DNA from: Armatimonadota bacterium
GTDB taxonomy: Bacteria; Sysuimicrobiota; Sysuimicrobiia; Sysuimicrobiales; Humicultoraceae
DNA length: 31,670 nt
Assembly (NCBI GenBank): GCA_037443365.1
Contig: JBBIOM010000023.1
Location: forward strand, 1 to 31,670
Direction: 5' to 3'
The position numbers and the translations under genes were made by a program. Numbering within the stretch: position 1 is the first letter of the stretch; every line of letters starts with the position of its first letter. Positions 1 to 8,516 of the stretch are shown one piece after another. Under the pieces are notes generated by a model. It worked only from the letters and a program-made list of their open reading frames with translations. It did no database searches and was not told where the DNA came from.

Positions 1-42
1 CTCCGGACCGACGGTGCCGGAGGACGTCGTGCCGGTATCCAC
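1..42 (-). CDS. possible 5' end of a gene running off the left edge
   Basis: GTG at 42, preceded by a purine-rich GAAGGG and a candidate promoter (56-83), is open to position 1 (MDTGTTSSGTVGPE). Too short to identify. Confidence 0.25.
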   Translation of the reverse strand, partial: MDTGTTSSGTVGPE

Positions 43-73
43 CCCCGGCCCTTCAGTTCGAAAGGTGTGTGAA

Positions 74-103
74 GAGACCCCGCTGTCAGGTGCGCGGGGT
101 CTC
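74..103 (-). terminator. GC-rich stem-loop, probable terminator of the flavoprotein gene
   Basis: GAGACCCCGC-N10-GCGGGGTCTC is a perfect 10-bp stem 23 nt past the stop at 127. The U-tract is weak (TTCACACACCTTTC). Confidence 0.55.
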
Positions 104-126
104 GCTGTCTTCGCCGCGTGTACCGG

Positions 127-1299
127 TTAACCCACGATCCCGTGCGCGTACGGGCTGTGGATCAGTGCTCCTTCGGCGAACCGTGAGTGCCGGAATGCGG
201 CGAGGTCTATCTCGCCGCAGCGACCGGTCACGATGAGGCCGGCGAGGGCTTCCCCAATCGCGGGGCTCAACTTGAACCCGTGCCCGCTGAAGCCGGCCGC
301 GACGAACAGACCGGGCAGTTCGGGGATCGGTCCCAGGATCGGCTGCCAGTCCGGCGTCACGTCGTAGAGGCTGGCGTATCCTCCCTTCACGCCGACGCCC
401 GAGAAGGACGGCACGCGGTGCGCCAGGCGCGCCGCTGTTCTCTCTATGAAGTCGTAGTCAATCCCCTCGTTGAACGCGTCGGCCGGCACTTCCTCCTCGG
501 GATACTCCTCGACCGAGCCGCCCAGGAACTGGCCTGCCACGTCCGGGCGCAGGTAGAATCCCCCACCCAGGTCCACGAACACGAAGGCCAGCGGCCTGGC
601 TGGCTCCGCCACCTCGAAGAGCACAACCTGATGGCGTGTCGTGCGGATGGGCAGATCCACTCCCAGCGGGCCCAGCAGCCGGGGTGTCCAGGGTCCGGCG
701 GCAAGGAGCACGGCCCCGGCAGAGATGCGTCCATTCGGGGTCTCCACGCCCGTGACGCGCGAGCCCTCCAACAGGAGGCGCACAGCCGGCGTGCTCTCCC
801 GCACCTGCGCGCCGCACCTTCGAGCCGCGGCCGCGAACGCGGAGGCGGTGGCGTATCCGTCGGCATAGCCGGAATCGGGCTCATAGGCCCCGGCGCCCAC
901 GTCGTCCGTGCGCAGCCGGGGGTCAAGATCGGCCATGCCGGCGCGGTCGAGCACAGTGGTGTTGCCCCCAAGGGAGCGCTGCAGACGCACGTTCGCCTCC
1001 AGCGTCCCTTCCTGCCCGGGCGGGGCGAGCAGCAGGAAGCCGGTCCTCTTGAAGTCGGCGCTTCCTCCCACGGCCGCGTCGAAGTCCTCGAACACCTCGC
1101 GGCTGCGCAGCGCGAGCTGGATCAGGGGCGCGTACGAGTAGTGCATGCGGACGATGCCGCTCGAGCGGCCCGTCGGCCCGCCGCCCACCGTTGCGGCCTC
1201 GAGCAGCATCACCTTCTGCCGGTGGCGTGAGGCCAGATGGAACGCGGCGCTCGCGCCCGTGCAGCCCCCACCCACCACGACGACATCTACCGGTTGCAT
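127..1299 (-). CDS. FAD-dependent oxidoreductase, DAO / sarcosine oxidase beta / glycine oxidase family
   Basis: N-terminal VVVGGGCTG Rossmann motif, TGRSSG, AAGPW, YDVTPDWQPILG and GFSGHGFK C-terminal signature. AGGAGG SD upstream. Confidence 0.9.
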   Translation of the reverse strand: MQPVDVVVVGGGCTGASAAFHLASRHRQKVMLLEAATVGGGPTGRSSGIVRMHYSYAPLIQLALRSREVFEDFDAAVGGSADFKRTGFLLLAPPGQEGTLEANVRLQRSLGGNTTVLDRAGMADLDPRLRTDDVGAGAYEPDSGYADGYATASAFAAAARRCGAQVRESTPAVRLLLEGSRVTGVETPNGRISAGAVLLAAGPWTPRLLGPLGVDLPIRTTRHQVVLFEVAEPARPLAFVFVDLGGGFYLRPDVAGQFLGGSVEEYPEEEVPADAFNEGIDYDFIERTAARLAHRVPSFSGVGVKGGYASLYDVTPDWQPILGPIPELPGLFVAAGFSGHGFKLSPAIGEALAGLIVTGRCGEIDLAAFRHSRFAEGALIHSPYAHGIVG

Positions 1300-1327
1300 C
1301 AGCGGCCTCCTGTGCCTCCTCCATGTG

Positions 1328-1354
1328 GAGGGGAGTCATCCCCCGGTGGAGAAG
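1328..1354 (+). promoter_or_regulatory. candidate SigH-like promoter (GAGGGG-N17-GAAG) for the HAD gene
   Basis: Matches a motif recurring at several gene starts in this window. It ends 8 nt before ATG 1363, suggesting a leaderless or very short-leader mRNA. Confidence 0.4.
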
Positions 1355-1362
1355 ACGCGACC

Positions 1363-2166
1363 ATGAATCCCAGGAACCTTCGCGGCTACCTACTGGACAT
1401 GGACGGCGTGCTCTACCGGGGCAGGCGCGTGCTTCCCGGAGCGCGCGCGCTGCTTGCGACGTTCGATCGAAAGGGCATCCCCTTTGCGCTCGTAACCAAC
1501 AACAGTACCCGCACGCCGAACCAGTACGCCCGGCTCCTGGCGTCAATGGGCATGCGCGTGCCGGCGCGGCGCATCGTTACCTCTTCGGTGGGGACCGCCG
1601 CCTACCTGCGCGCCAGGCTGCGTCCAGGCGCTCGCGTGTTGGTCATCGGTGAACCGCCGTTCCGGAAGGCCGTTGCCCGGGCGGGCTTCACCCCGGCGTG
1701 GGAGGATGTCGCGGCTGTGGTTGTCGGGCTGGACCGGCGGTTGACGTACAGGAAGCTCGCCCTGGCCGCCTCCGCGCTTGCGGCGGGCGCGGAGTTCGTG
1801 GCCTCGAACCCGGATCCCAGAGTCCCCACCGAGAACGGCGAGATCCCCGGCGCTGGAACCCTGGTCAGCGCGCTGCAGTACGCCAGCGGCAGGAAGCCCG
1901 TCGTGATCGGCAAGCCCAATCCACGGCTGCTGCTCGAGGCGATGGCCCGGATAGGAACGCGCCCGCCCCAGACTGCGATGATCGGCGATCAGATCGGCAC
2001 CGATGTCGCCGCGGGCAGGGCCGCTGGCATGTTCACGATTCTTGTGCTCACAGGCGTGACGTCGGACCGTCCTCAGGCGAAGTCGAGGCCCCGGCCCGAC
2101 CTGGTCCTGCGCGACCTGAACGGCCTTCTACGTTGGATGGCCGGACGGCCTGTTCGGCGGCGCTAG
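1363..2166 (+). CDS. nagD: HAD-IIA family hydrolase (NagD-like sugar/nucleotide phosphatase)
   Basis: DMDGVL motif I, VTNNS motif II, ASNPD, IGKP, MIGDQIGTD and VLTG. Start moved from 1237 to ATG 1363 because the longer ORF overlaps the divergent gene. Confidence 0.88.
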   Translation: MNPRNLRGYLLDMDGVLYRGRRVLPGARALLATFDRKGIPFALVTNNSTRTPNQYARLLASMGMRVPARRIVTSSVGTAAYLRARLRPGARVLVIGEPPFRKAVARAGFTPAWEDVAAVVVGLDRRLTYRKLALAASALAAGAEFVASNPDPRVPTENGEIPGAGTLVSALQYASGRKPVVIGKPNPRLLLEAMARIGTRPPQTAMIGDQIGTDVAAGRAAGMFTILVLTGVTSDRPQAKSRPRPDLVLRDLNGLLRWMAGRPVRRR

Positions 2167-2402
2167 CGCCCCATCCCGCTCACAGACAGCGGACGGTCAA
2201 TGTCGCGCGCGCCGTTCTTGGCGTCGAGGCGAACGACCTTGCCCCGAACCTGCACATACACGTGGTCCCCCTCCAACACGAACCAGACCGGCGTGGCCTG
2301 CGGCCGACCTCCGGGGGAGACCGTGGCGAGCACCCCTGGGTGGGGCTCGCTCAGGAAGACGCGCGTGGCTTCATCCGGACGCGTGTCGATTCCCCTGCGC
2401 AG
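2163..2402 (-). pseudogene. degraded PPOX-class (pyridoxamine 5'-phosphate oxidase-like, F420/FMN split-barrel) gene
   Basis: Manual translation gives ...DEATRVFLSEPHPGVLATVSPGGRPQATPVWFVLEGDH|VYVQVRGKVVRLDAKNGARDIDRPLSVSGMGR* (TAG at 2163-2165). There is no ATG/GTG/TTG start upstream of the conserved region (only CTG at 2402 and 2411), and the central NT..GR.K..N...P.V segment is missing. Confidence 0.7.
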
Positions 2403-2429
2403 GCAGGACAGCCCCCCTCGCTACCGAAG
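2403..2429 (+). promoter_or_regulatory. candidate SigH-like promoter (GCAGGA-N17-GAAG) for fabH
   Basis: Best -35 match in the window to the Bacillus SigH consensus (RCAGGA...GAAT). Ends 10 nt before ATG 2440. Confidence 0.5.
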
Positions 2430-2439
2430 ATAGCAGTCC

Positions 2440-3444
2440 ATGTGCGAGCAGGAGGGCATCACGCGAGCGGCCGTTCTCGGCCTTGGCATTCACGTTCCCC
2501 CGCGCGTCCTGACCAATGCCGATCTGGAGAAGATCGTCGAGACCAGCGACGAGTGGATAGTCACCCGGACCGGTATCCGGACACGCAGGATAGTTGAGGG
2601 CGACCAGGCCGCCTCTGATCTGGCGGTGCCTGCGGCCGAGGCCGCGCTGCGCGAGGCAGGGATATCCGCGGCAGATCTCGACCTGATCATCTGCGGGACC
2701 ACGACCCCTGACATGGTCTTCCCAGCCACCGCGTGCCTGGTCCAGGAGCGGATAGGCGCGGCGCGCGCCGGGGCGTTCGACCTGCTGGCGGCCTGCTCCA
2801 GCTTCGTGTACGGGATTGTCACCGCCGTGCCCATGATCGAGGCCGGGCTCGTCAGGTACGTGTTGGTCCTGGGCGCAGAGGCACTGACCCGGCTCGCGGA
2901 CTGGAGCGACCGCACGACCAGCGTGCTGATCGGTGATGGCGCAGGGGCCGTCGTCATGGGCCCCTCGGCTGGGGGCGGGGGCGTGCGCGCCACGGTCGTC
3001 GGGTCCGATGGTTCCGCGGCGGGCATCCTCCAGCTGCCCTCCGGCGGCAGCCGCGTCCCCATGACCGAGGAGGCGATTGCCAAACAGCTCCACCGCGCAC
3101 GCATGGACGGGCAGTCGGTGTTCAAGCTGGCCGTGCGCATCGTGCCGGAGGCCATCCACCAGGTCGTCAGCAAGGCGGGGTTCTCGCTGGACGACATCTC
3201 ACTGGTCGTCCCCCACCAGGCCAACCTGCGCATTACCGAGGCGGTCGCACGCGCTACGGGCATCCCGCTGGAGCGGTTCGTCAGCACCATTGACAGGTAC
3301 GGAAACACCTCGTCGGCGTCGGTGCCCATCTCGCTGTGGGAGGCGCGGTCCGACGGGCGCATCAGGGACGGCGATCACCTCGTGCTGATCGGATTCGGCG
3401 GCGGCTTCACCTGGGCCGCCTGCGTGCTCACCTGGGGGCGGTAG
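2440..3444 (+). CDS. fabH: 3-oxoacyl-ACP synthase III
   Basis: TSDEWIVTRTGI, catalytic triad AACSSF (Cys), PHQAN (His) and YGNTSSAS (Asn), plus GDGAGA and GFGGGFTW. Confidence 0.95.
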   Translation: MCEQEGITRAAVLGLGIHVPPRVLTNADLEKIVETSDEWIVTRTGIRTRRIVEGDQAASDLAVPAAEAALREAGISAADLDLIICGTTTPDMVFPATACLVQERIGAARAGAFDLLAACSSFVYGIVTAVPMIEAGLVRYVLVLGAEALTRLADWSDRTTSVLIGDGAGAVVMGPSAGGGGVRATVVGSDGSAAGILQLPSGGSRVPMTEEAIAKQLHRARMDGQSVFKLAVRIVPEAIHQVVSKAGFSLDDISLVVPHQANLRITEAVARATGIPLERFVSTIDRYGNTSSASVPISLWEARSDGRIRDGDHLVLIGFGGGFTWAACVLTWGR

Positions 3445-4621
3445 AGCGTCGCCCGTCGAGATCCCCGATGCGCAGCGCCGCGGCCGCGGCCAGGAGATAG
3501 ACGGCCGCGGCGGTCGCGAACGGCCCGGCCTGGTGCATGTTGTAGAGCGTGCCGGCCCACAGCGGCCCGAAGGCGCGCCCCAGGCTGTCAAACGCGGTCT
3601 GCATCCCCAATGATGTGCCGTAGCCCAGTCGTGTCGTGCGCGAGTTGAGCGCGGCGAGCGACGGCCGCAGGAACGCCATGGCAAACGAGGTGAGGCAGAC
3701 GGTCGCCGTGATCGCGGCGACCGATCCGGCCAGCGCCACCATGACGAATCCAGCGGCGGCGGCCGCGAAGCCGACCCTGATTGTGCGTATCTCCCCCCAC
3801 CTCCGCGTCACCAATCCCACCGCGATGCCCTGCGTGACCACCGATCCCAGCCCGAGCGCGGTGAACATAACGCCGACCTGTGAGGGCGTCGCGCCGGCGC
3901 GGTCCATGGCGAAATACCCGAGCATCGAGAACAGGCTCGACCCGCCGAATGTGGTGGCAAAGGCCATGAGGTACAGAGGGAGCTCAGGACTCCACAGCGC
4001 CCGGAGCAGCGCCTGCCAGCCCAGGCGGGCCGCGGCCGCGCGCCGCGGGTCGGCGGGCGGCTCGGCCACGGTGCGGATCACAAGCGGCAGGGCCAGCGCC
4101 GAGGTGACCGCGGCCGCGTAGAACGGCACGAGCGGGCCTGCCAGCGCCAGGATCCCTCCGGCGGCCGGCCCCACAAGGAAGCCGAGGCCAAATCCCGCGC
4201 CCATCCTGCCCATCATCGCGCTGCGCTCCTCCTGGGCGCTCAGATCCGCGGCGATGGCCTGCGCGGACGGCAGCACCGAGGCCGAGATGAGTCCGCCCAC
4301 GATGCGCGCCGCCAGGAGCATCACATAGGATTGCGCAAGCGCCATGCCCACAAACGCTATCGTGTAGCCGAGCAGGCCGACAATCAGCACCGGCTTCCTG
4401 CCGATGCGATCGGCCGCGAGCCCCCAGAACGGCGAGGCCGCGAACTGGGCGACCGCCCATGCCGTGATGAGCAGGCCCATCTGCAGCGACGACGCTCCGA
4501 AGCGCCGCGCAAGAAAGGGCAGGATCGGCATGACGATGCCGAAGCCGACCATGACCAGGAAGACCGTGGCAAGCAGCATCCAGGTCTGGCGGCCGGCAGG
4601 AGCAGGGCCGGGAGAAGGCAT
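3428..4621 (-). CDS. MFS transporter, DHA1 (TetA/Bmr-like) drug:H+ antiporter family
   Basis: About 12 hydrophobic segments, motif A (GLAADRIGRK), ARIVGG motif B and antiporter motif C (GFGLGFLVGPAAGG). Confidence 0.88.
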   Translation of the reverse strand: MPSPGPAPAGRQTWMLLATVFLVMVGFGIVMPILPFLARRFGASSLQMGLLITAWAVAQFAASPFWGLAADRIGRKPVLIVGLLGYTIAFVGMALAQSYVMLLAARIVGGLISASVLPSAQAIAADLSAQEERSAMMGRMGAGFGLGFLVGPAAGGILALAGPLVPFYAAAVTSALALPLVIRTVAEPPADPRRAAAARLGWQALLRALWSPELPLYLMAFATTFGGSSLFSMLGYFAMDRAGATPSQVGVMFTALGLGSVVTQGIAVGLVTRRWGEIRTIRVGFAAAAAGFVMVALAGSVAAITATVCLTSFAMAFLRPSLAALNSRTTRLGYGTSLGMQTAFDSLGRAFGPLWAGTLYNMHQAGPFATAAAVYLLAAAAALRIGDLDGRRSTAPR

Positions 4622-4634
4622 CAGGGAGCAGGGA

Positions 4635-5276
4635 CTACGGGGCCTTGTATCTCACCAGCTCCGACCAGCCGCTGATCTGGCGGTCTCCGCGGTATCCCTT
4701 TCGCTCCGTCCTCACCGCGCCCACGCCCGGCGCATACCAGGTGTAGGCAGTGACCTCCGAGTCCTCGCCGGCTGTCACGGTCTGGAGTTTCCATGCCCGG
4801 TACGTGCCGGCGGGCACCTTGATCGTCTCCTCGCCGATCCACTTCGAGGTGATCTTCAGTTCGAACGCTGAGTCCGCCGGGCTCCACGACCAGGTCTGGC
4901 CTGCCCTGGGGGGCAGCTTCATCAACGGCCGCGGGGGGGTGCTCACCTGGAGCCCTCCCCTGGGAGAGGTCCACTCGATGATCAGGACCTCGGCGGCGGT
5001 CGCCTGGTAGCAGGTGCGATCGATCCGCTCGCGGCCGCGCTCCACCGCCTTGCGCTCGGTCACGATGCACCGGACGGTCCCCACTGTCTTGGGACCCACT
5101 ACCTTTGTGGTGGACTCCGTTCCCTCGTCGGACTTACGCGTCCACACGGCACCGGCAACGAGCGGAAAGAGCGATGGTGCAGGCGGCGCGGCGCCGCTCG
5201 CAACCGGCGGTACTGCAACCGCGGCCACTAGCACAACGAGCAACGCTGTTCGACACGTTCCCAAGATCACTCCCAT
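4635..5276 (-). CDS. secreted hypothetical protein, DUF3108/TapB-like beta-rich family
   Basis: Signal peptide after ATG 5276 (AGGAGG SD 6 nt upstream), LFPLVAGAVW, EETIKVPAGTYRAWKL and WYAPGVGAVR motifs. Confidence 0.7.
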   Translation of the reverse strand: MGVILGTCRTALLVVLVAAVAVPPVASGAAPPAPSLFPLVAGAVWTRKSDEGTESTTKVVGPKTVGTVRCIVTERKAVERGRERIDRTCYQATAAEVLIIEWTSPRGGLQVSTPPRPLMKLPPRAGQTWSWSPADSAFELKITSKWIGEETIKVPAGTYRAWKLQTVTAGEDSEVTAYTWYAPGVGAVRTERKGYRGDRQISGWSELVRYKAP

Positions 5277-5343
5277 GGATGCCTCCTGATCTTCGACGTG
5301 ATTCCCTTCTGTATTCGACACCACACGGCCGCCGGGCGTTTAC

Positions 5344-6696
5344 CTATTCGGCGCCTGGCGGCGCGACAACTGCAAGCGCAGGGACGGTCAGGTACATTCG
5401 CGCCACGCGCAGCACATCGGACGCGGTCACGCGCCCGATCTCGTCGGCGAAGCGCCTGTCGTAGTCAAACCCGATGCCCAGGATCTCGTACCAGCCCAGG
5501 TAGAACGCCTGGGCCTCCAGATCCTCGCGCGCCAGGGCATAGCGGCCGACGATGACCTGCTTCGCCCTCTCCAGCTCATCGGCAGGCAGGGGCTCGGCGC
5601 GCAGCCGCTCCACCTCACGCAGCATGGCCGCCCTGACGACGGACAGCGTGGAGGGATCGGTCCCCGCACTCAGGCGAATGTGCCCTGGGCCGGAGCGCAT
5701 CACGTATGCCGAGCCCACCTGGTAAGCCAGTCCGCGCCTCTCCCTCACCTCGACGAAGAGGCGCGACGACATCCCCTCACCGAGGACGGCGTTCAGCACG
5801 CGCAGCGGAGCGAAATCGCGGTGCCCCGCGGGCACGCCGAGGTACCCGACGGTGATCCACGCGGCGGCAGTAGGACGCGTCTCCCTCACCTCCTGCGGCG
5901 AGGCGAGCGGAGGTACCAGGGCGCGCTCAACGGTGCGCAGCCATCCCAGACGGCGTGGCGGCGGCCCCGTCCGCAGCGCGCCAAACGCGCGCCGCGCCTT
6001 ATCCAGCGCCTGGATCTCAGTGACGTTACCGGCGATCACGATGACCGTGTTAGATGCGACGAAGTGGGCCCGGTAGAACTCGAGGAGCTGCTCCCGGGTG
6101 AGCGCCGCGATCGTCTCCGTGGTCCCCAGCACGGGCTGCGCGTAGGGATGATGAGGGTACAGCGTGGCGCCCAGGAGATCCACCGCGCGCTGCAGCGGCT
6201 GATCGGCGTTCTGCCGGATGCGGGACAGGCCGACACCGCGCTGGGTCTCCACATCCCTCGGATCGAACCGGGCGTTCGTCAGCAGGTCGGCGACCATCTC
6301 CATTCCCAGATCGAGATGGCGGGAAGGCGTGATCGCGTACAGCGACGTGAAGTCGGCGCCTGTCCCCCCTCCCAGCAGCCCGCCGACCCCTTCTATCGCC
6401 TGGGCGATCTGGTCGGCCGAGCGGCGGTCGGTCCCGCGCACCAGCATCCCGCGCACGAAGAAGGTCGCCCCGGAAAGGGCCGGCGCCTCCAGGCGCGGGC
6501 CGGCCCGAAGGAGGGCTTCCACCACGACCAGGTCGCTCGCCGGGCTTGGCTTCACCACCACCGTCAACCCGCTTTCCAGCACGTGCCGCGAGGCGCCCGG
6601 CACGCGAACAGAAGCCGCCTCGCCGTGGGCAATAATGGATGCGACCAGAAGGAGGGCGAGCAGCGTGGCAATCAGTGGTCGCACGGCCCACGTCAC
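5344..6696 (-). CDS. M16B peptidase, non-catalytic subunit, with signal peptide
   Basis: M16 fold motifs (LESGLTV, HHPYAQPVLGT, GMSSRLFVEVRERRGLAY) but HxxEH is replaced by FFVRG. The GTG start overlaps the partner's TGA (GTGA). Confidence 0.88.
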   Translation of the reverse strand: MTWAVRPLIATLLALLLVASIIAHGEAASVRVPGASRHVLESGLTVVVKPSPASDLVVVEALLRAGPRLEAPALSGATFFVRGMLVRGTDRRSADQIAQAIEGVGGLLGGGTGADFTSLYAITPSRHLDLGMEMVADLLTNARFDPRDVETQRGVGLSRIRQNADQPLQRAVDLLGATLYPHHPYAQPVLGTTETIAALTREQLLEFYRAHFVASNTVIVIAGNVTEIQALDKARRAFGALRTGPPPRRLGWLRTVERALVPPLASPQEVRETRPTAAAWITVGYLGVPAGHRDFAPLRVLNAVLGEGMSSRLFVEVRERRGLAYQVGSAYVMRSGPGHIRLSAGTDPSTLSVVRAAMLREVERLRAEPLPADELERAKQVIVGRYALAREDLEAQAFYLGWYEILGIGFDYDRRFADEIGRVTASDVLRVARMYLTVPALAVVAPPGAE

Positions 6697-8036
6697 CTCG
6701 CCGCGGGCCGGATCACGGCGATCGCATACCGCCGGGGGTCAAACAGGCGCCGGGCGACGCGCTGCACTTCGTCCCGGGTGACCTGCCGGATTCGCCCCAG
6801 ATATGCCGATGCGAACTCCGGGTCGCTGATCGTTGCGTAGAAGCCCAACGTGTACGCCTGACCGCGGGTAGTGTGCGTGCCGTAGATGTGCTCGCCTTCC
6901 AGCAGGTTGCGCGCACGCGCCAGTTCGGCCTCCGTGATCCCCTGTTCGGCCACCGCTGCGAGTTCGGCCAGTATCGCGGCTTCGGCCTGCTCGGCGTGCG
7001 CCGGCTCGGTTATGGCCGAAACAACCAACAGGTAGGGATCCTCCGTGGTCAGGAACGAGACGCCGACGCTCTGCGCCAGGCGACTGCGCTCCACGACTTG
7101 CTGGCGCAGCCGCGCGCCCAGCCCGCGCCCCAGCGCGTAGGCCAGGACGTCGGTCGCGTACACCTCGCGGTCGCGCACAGCCGGCCCTGGAAAACCGATG
7201 GCCAGATACGCCACGCGCACGTCCTGCTCGACGGCCAGGCGCCGCACGCTCTCAAGCGGCGGCTCCACCGGGCGCGGCGCGCGTTGGACCGGTGGTCCGC
7301 GAAACCCCGCGTAGGCGCGCCTCACGCCGGCTGTGGCCTGGGCCGCCCGCACATTCCCCACTACGACCACCGTCATGTTGTCCGGCACGTAGTAATCGCG
7401 GTAGAACCCGAGCAGGGTCTCCCGCGGCATCCGTTCGACCGTCGAGCGCGTGCCCAGCACCGACCGCCGGTAGGGGTGGACCGTGAACGCCAGGCCGCGC
7501 AGGAGCTCCAGGGCGCGCGTCGCCGGAAAGTTGTCGCGCCGGTTGATCTCCTCCAGCACGACCCTGCGCTCGCGCTCCAGTTCGGATGGGTCGAGCGTCG
7601 AGTGCATCAGGGCGTCGGACTGCAGCTCGAGCACGCGGTCGAAGTGCCGGCTCGGCGCCGCCACGTGGTAGTAGGTCCAATCCAGCGAGGTGCCGGCGTT
7701 GTGAACGCCGCCGATCCCCTCGATCTCGCGATCCATCTCGCCCGCCCTGCGCTTGGCCGTGCCCTTGAAGAGCATGTGCTCAAGGAAGTGCGCCGCGCCG
7801 TTCGTCTCATCGTCCTCGTCCTTACTCCCGACCCGCACCCAGGTGTGCAGCGCGACCACGTCCGCTGCGGTATGCTCCTGGACGATGACGGTCAGCCCGC
7901 TCTCGAGAACCGCGCGCACCGCTGCGCCCGGACCCCGGGCCCCAGCCGCCACGGGCAGGGCAATGACACCGACCGGCGCCGCGACAGCGAGCACCGCGGC
8001 CAGCAACACCGCCACCCTCACCCGACTCGCTCCCAT
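6693..8036 (-). CDS. M16B zinc peptidase, catalytic subunit, with signal peptide
   Basis: GAAHFLEHMLFKGT (HxxEH), NAGTSLDWTYY, ERRVVLEE and HPYRRSVLG. Start placed at ATG 8036 (or GTG 8039) ahead of the hydrophobic signal peptide. Confidence 0.9.
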   Translation of the reverse strand: MGASRVRVAVLLAAVLAVAAPVGVIALPVAAGARGPGAAVRAVLESGLTVIVQEHTAADVVALHTWVRVGSKDEDDETNGAAHFLEHMLFKGTAKRRAGEMDREIEGIGGVHNAGTSLDWTYYHVAAPSRHFDRVLELQSDALMHSTLDPSELERERRVVLEEINRRDNFPATRALELLRGLAFTVHPYRRSVLGTRSTVERMPRETLLGFYRDYYVPDNMTVVVVGNVRAAQATAGVRRAYAGFRGPPVQRAPRPVEPPLESVRRLAVEQDVRVAYLAIGFPGPAVRDREVYATDVLAYALGRGLGARLRQQVVERSRLAQSVGVSFLTTEDPYLLVVSAITEPAHAEQAEAAILAELAAVAEQGITEAELARARNLLEGEHIYGTHTTRGQAYTLGFYATISDPEFASAYLGRIRQVTRDEVQRVARRLFDPRRYAIAVIRPAAR

Positions 8037-8083
8037 CACACCATCGTCCCTGTGGGCCTTCCCCGGACAGGCTGTCCATAGAA

Positions 8084-8110
8084 GTTCGCCCGGCAAGAAG
8101 GAATCCCCCT
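8084..8110 (-). promoter_or_regulatory. candidate SigH-like promoter ((GC)AGGGGG-N17-GAAC) for the M16 operon
   Basis: Recurring motif, 47 nt upstream of ATG 8036. Confidence 0.35.
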
Positions 8111-8123
8111 GCCGGGGTGCCAA

Positions 8124-8129
8124 TATAAC
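8124..8129 (+). promoter_or_regulatory. candidate -10 element (TATAAC) of the cold-shock gene
   Basis: The only AT-rich patch in the intergenic region, about 70 nt upstream of the csp ATG. No clear -35. Confidence 0.3.
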
Positions 8130-8201
8130 AGCTTCGTAAGGCGATGCTGCACTGCCGTCAAGCGGAGTCGTTGGGCGGCAACAAGGAGAGGTGGGTAGGG
8201 C

Positions 8202-8408
8202 ATGCCGATCGGATCAGTCAAGTGGTTCAGCGCGGAGAAGGGCTACGGCTTCATCACTCCCGACGAGGGCGGCAAGGATGTCTTCGTCCACTATTCCGCG
8301 ATTCAGGCCGACGGCTACAGGAGCCTCAGCGAAGGCCAGAAGGTCGAGTACGAGGTCGTGACGGGCCAGAAGGGTCCCCAGGCCGCCAACGTCAAGCCGA
8401 TAAGCTAG
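8202..8408 (+). CDS. cspA: cold-shock protein (CspA family)
   Basis: GSVKWF, KGYGFI (RNP1), VFVHYS (RNP2) and KGPQAANV. The exact paralogue name cannot be determined. Confidence 0.96.
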   Translation: MPIGSVKWFSAEKGYGFITPDEGGKDVFVHYSAIQADGYRSLSEGQKVEYEVVTGQKGPQAANVKPIS

Positions 8409-8414
8409 CGCGCA

Positions 8415-8485
8415 GGGACCGCGCTGCGGTCCCGCGGCCTAGCACGCATAAGTCCGGTTGGGAGGGAGGCCGCGCCGCGGCCTCC
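8415..8485 (+). terminator. two tandem GC hairpins downstream of csp
   Basis: GGGACCGC-GCT-GCGGTCCC (8415-8433) and GGAGGCCGC-GCC-GCGGCCTCC (8465-8485). Neither has a strong U-tract. Confidence 0.45.
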
Positions 8486-8516
8486 TCGCCCTTCTGGGCC
8501 AGGGAGGGCCGGTCAG

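Noticed and set aside
14-35. GTGCCGG direct repeat at the left edge
   Set aside because: Only two short copies in GC-rich DNA, with no CRISPR-like or iteron periodicity.
2200-2433. 77-aa plus-strand ORF between the HAD gene and fabH
   Set aside because: It is antisense to the PPOX-like remnant, which explains the sequence better.
5300-5345. GTCGAAT as an internal SigH-like promoter before the DUF3108-like gene
   Set aside because: The -10-like half is present, but no matching -35 lies at 17-18 nt spacing.
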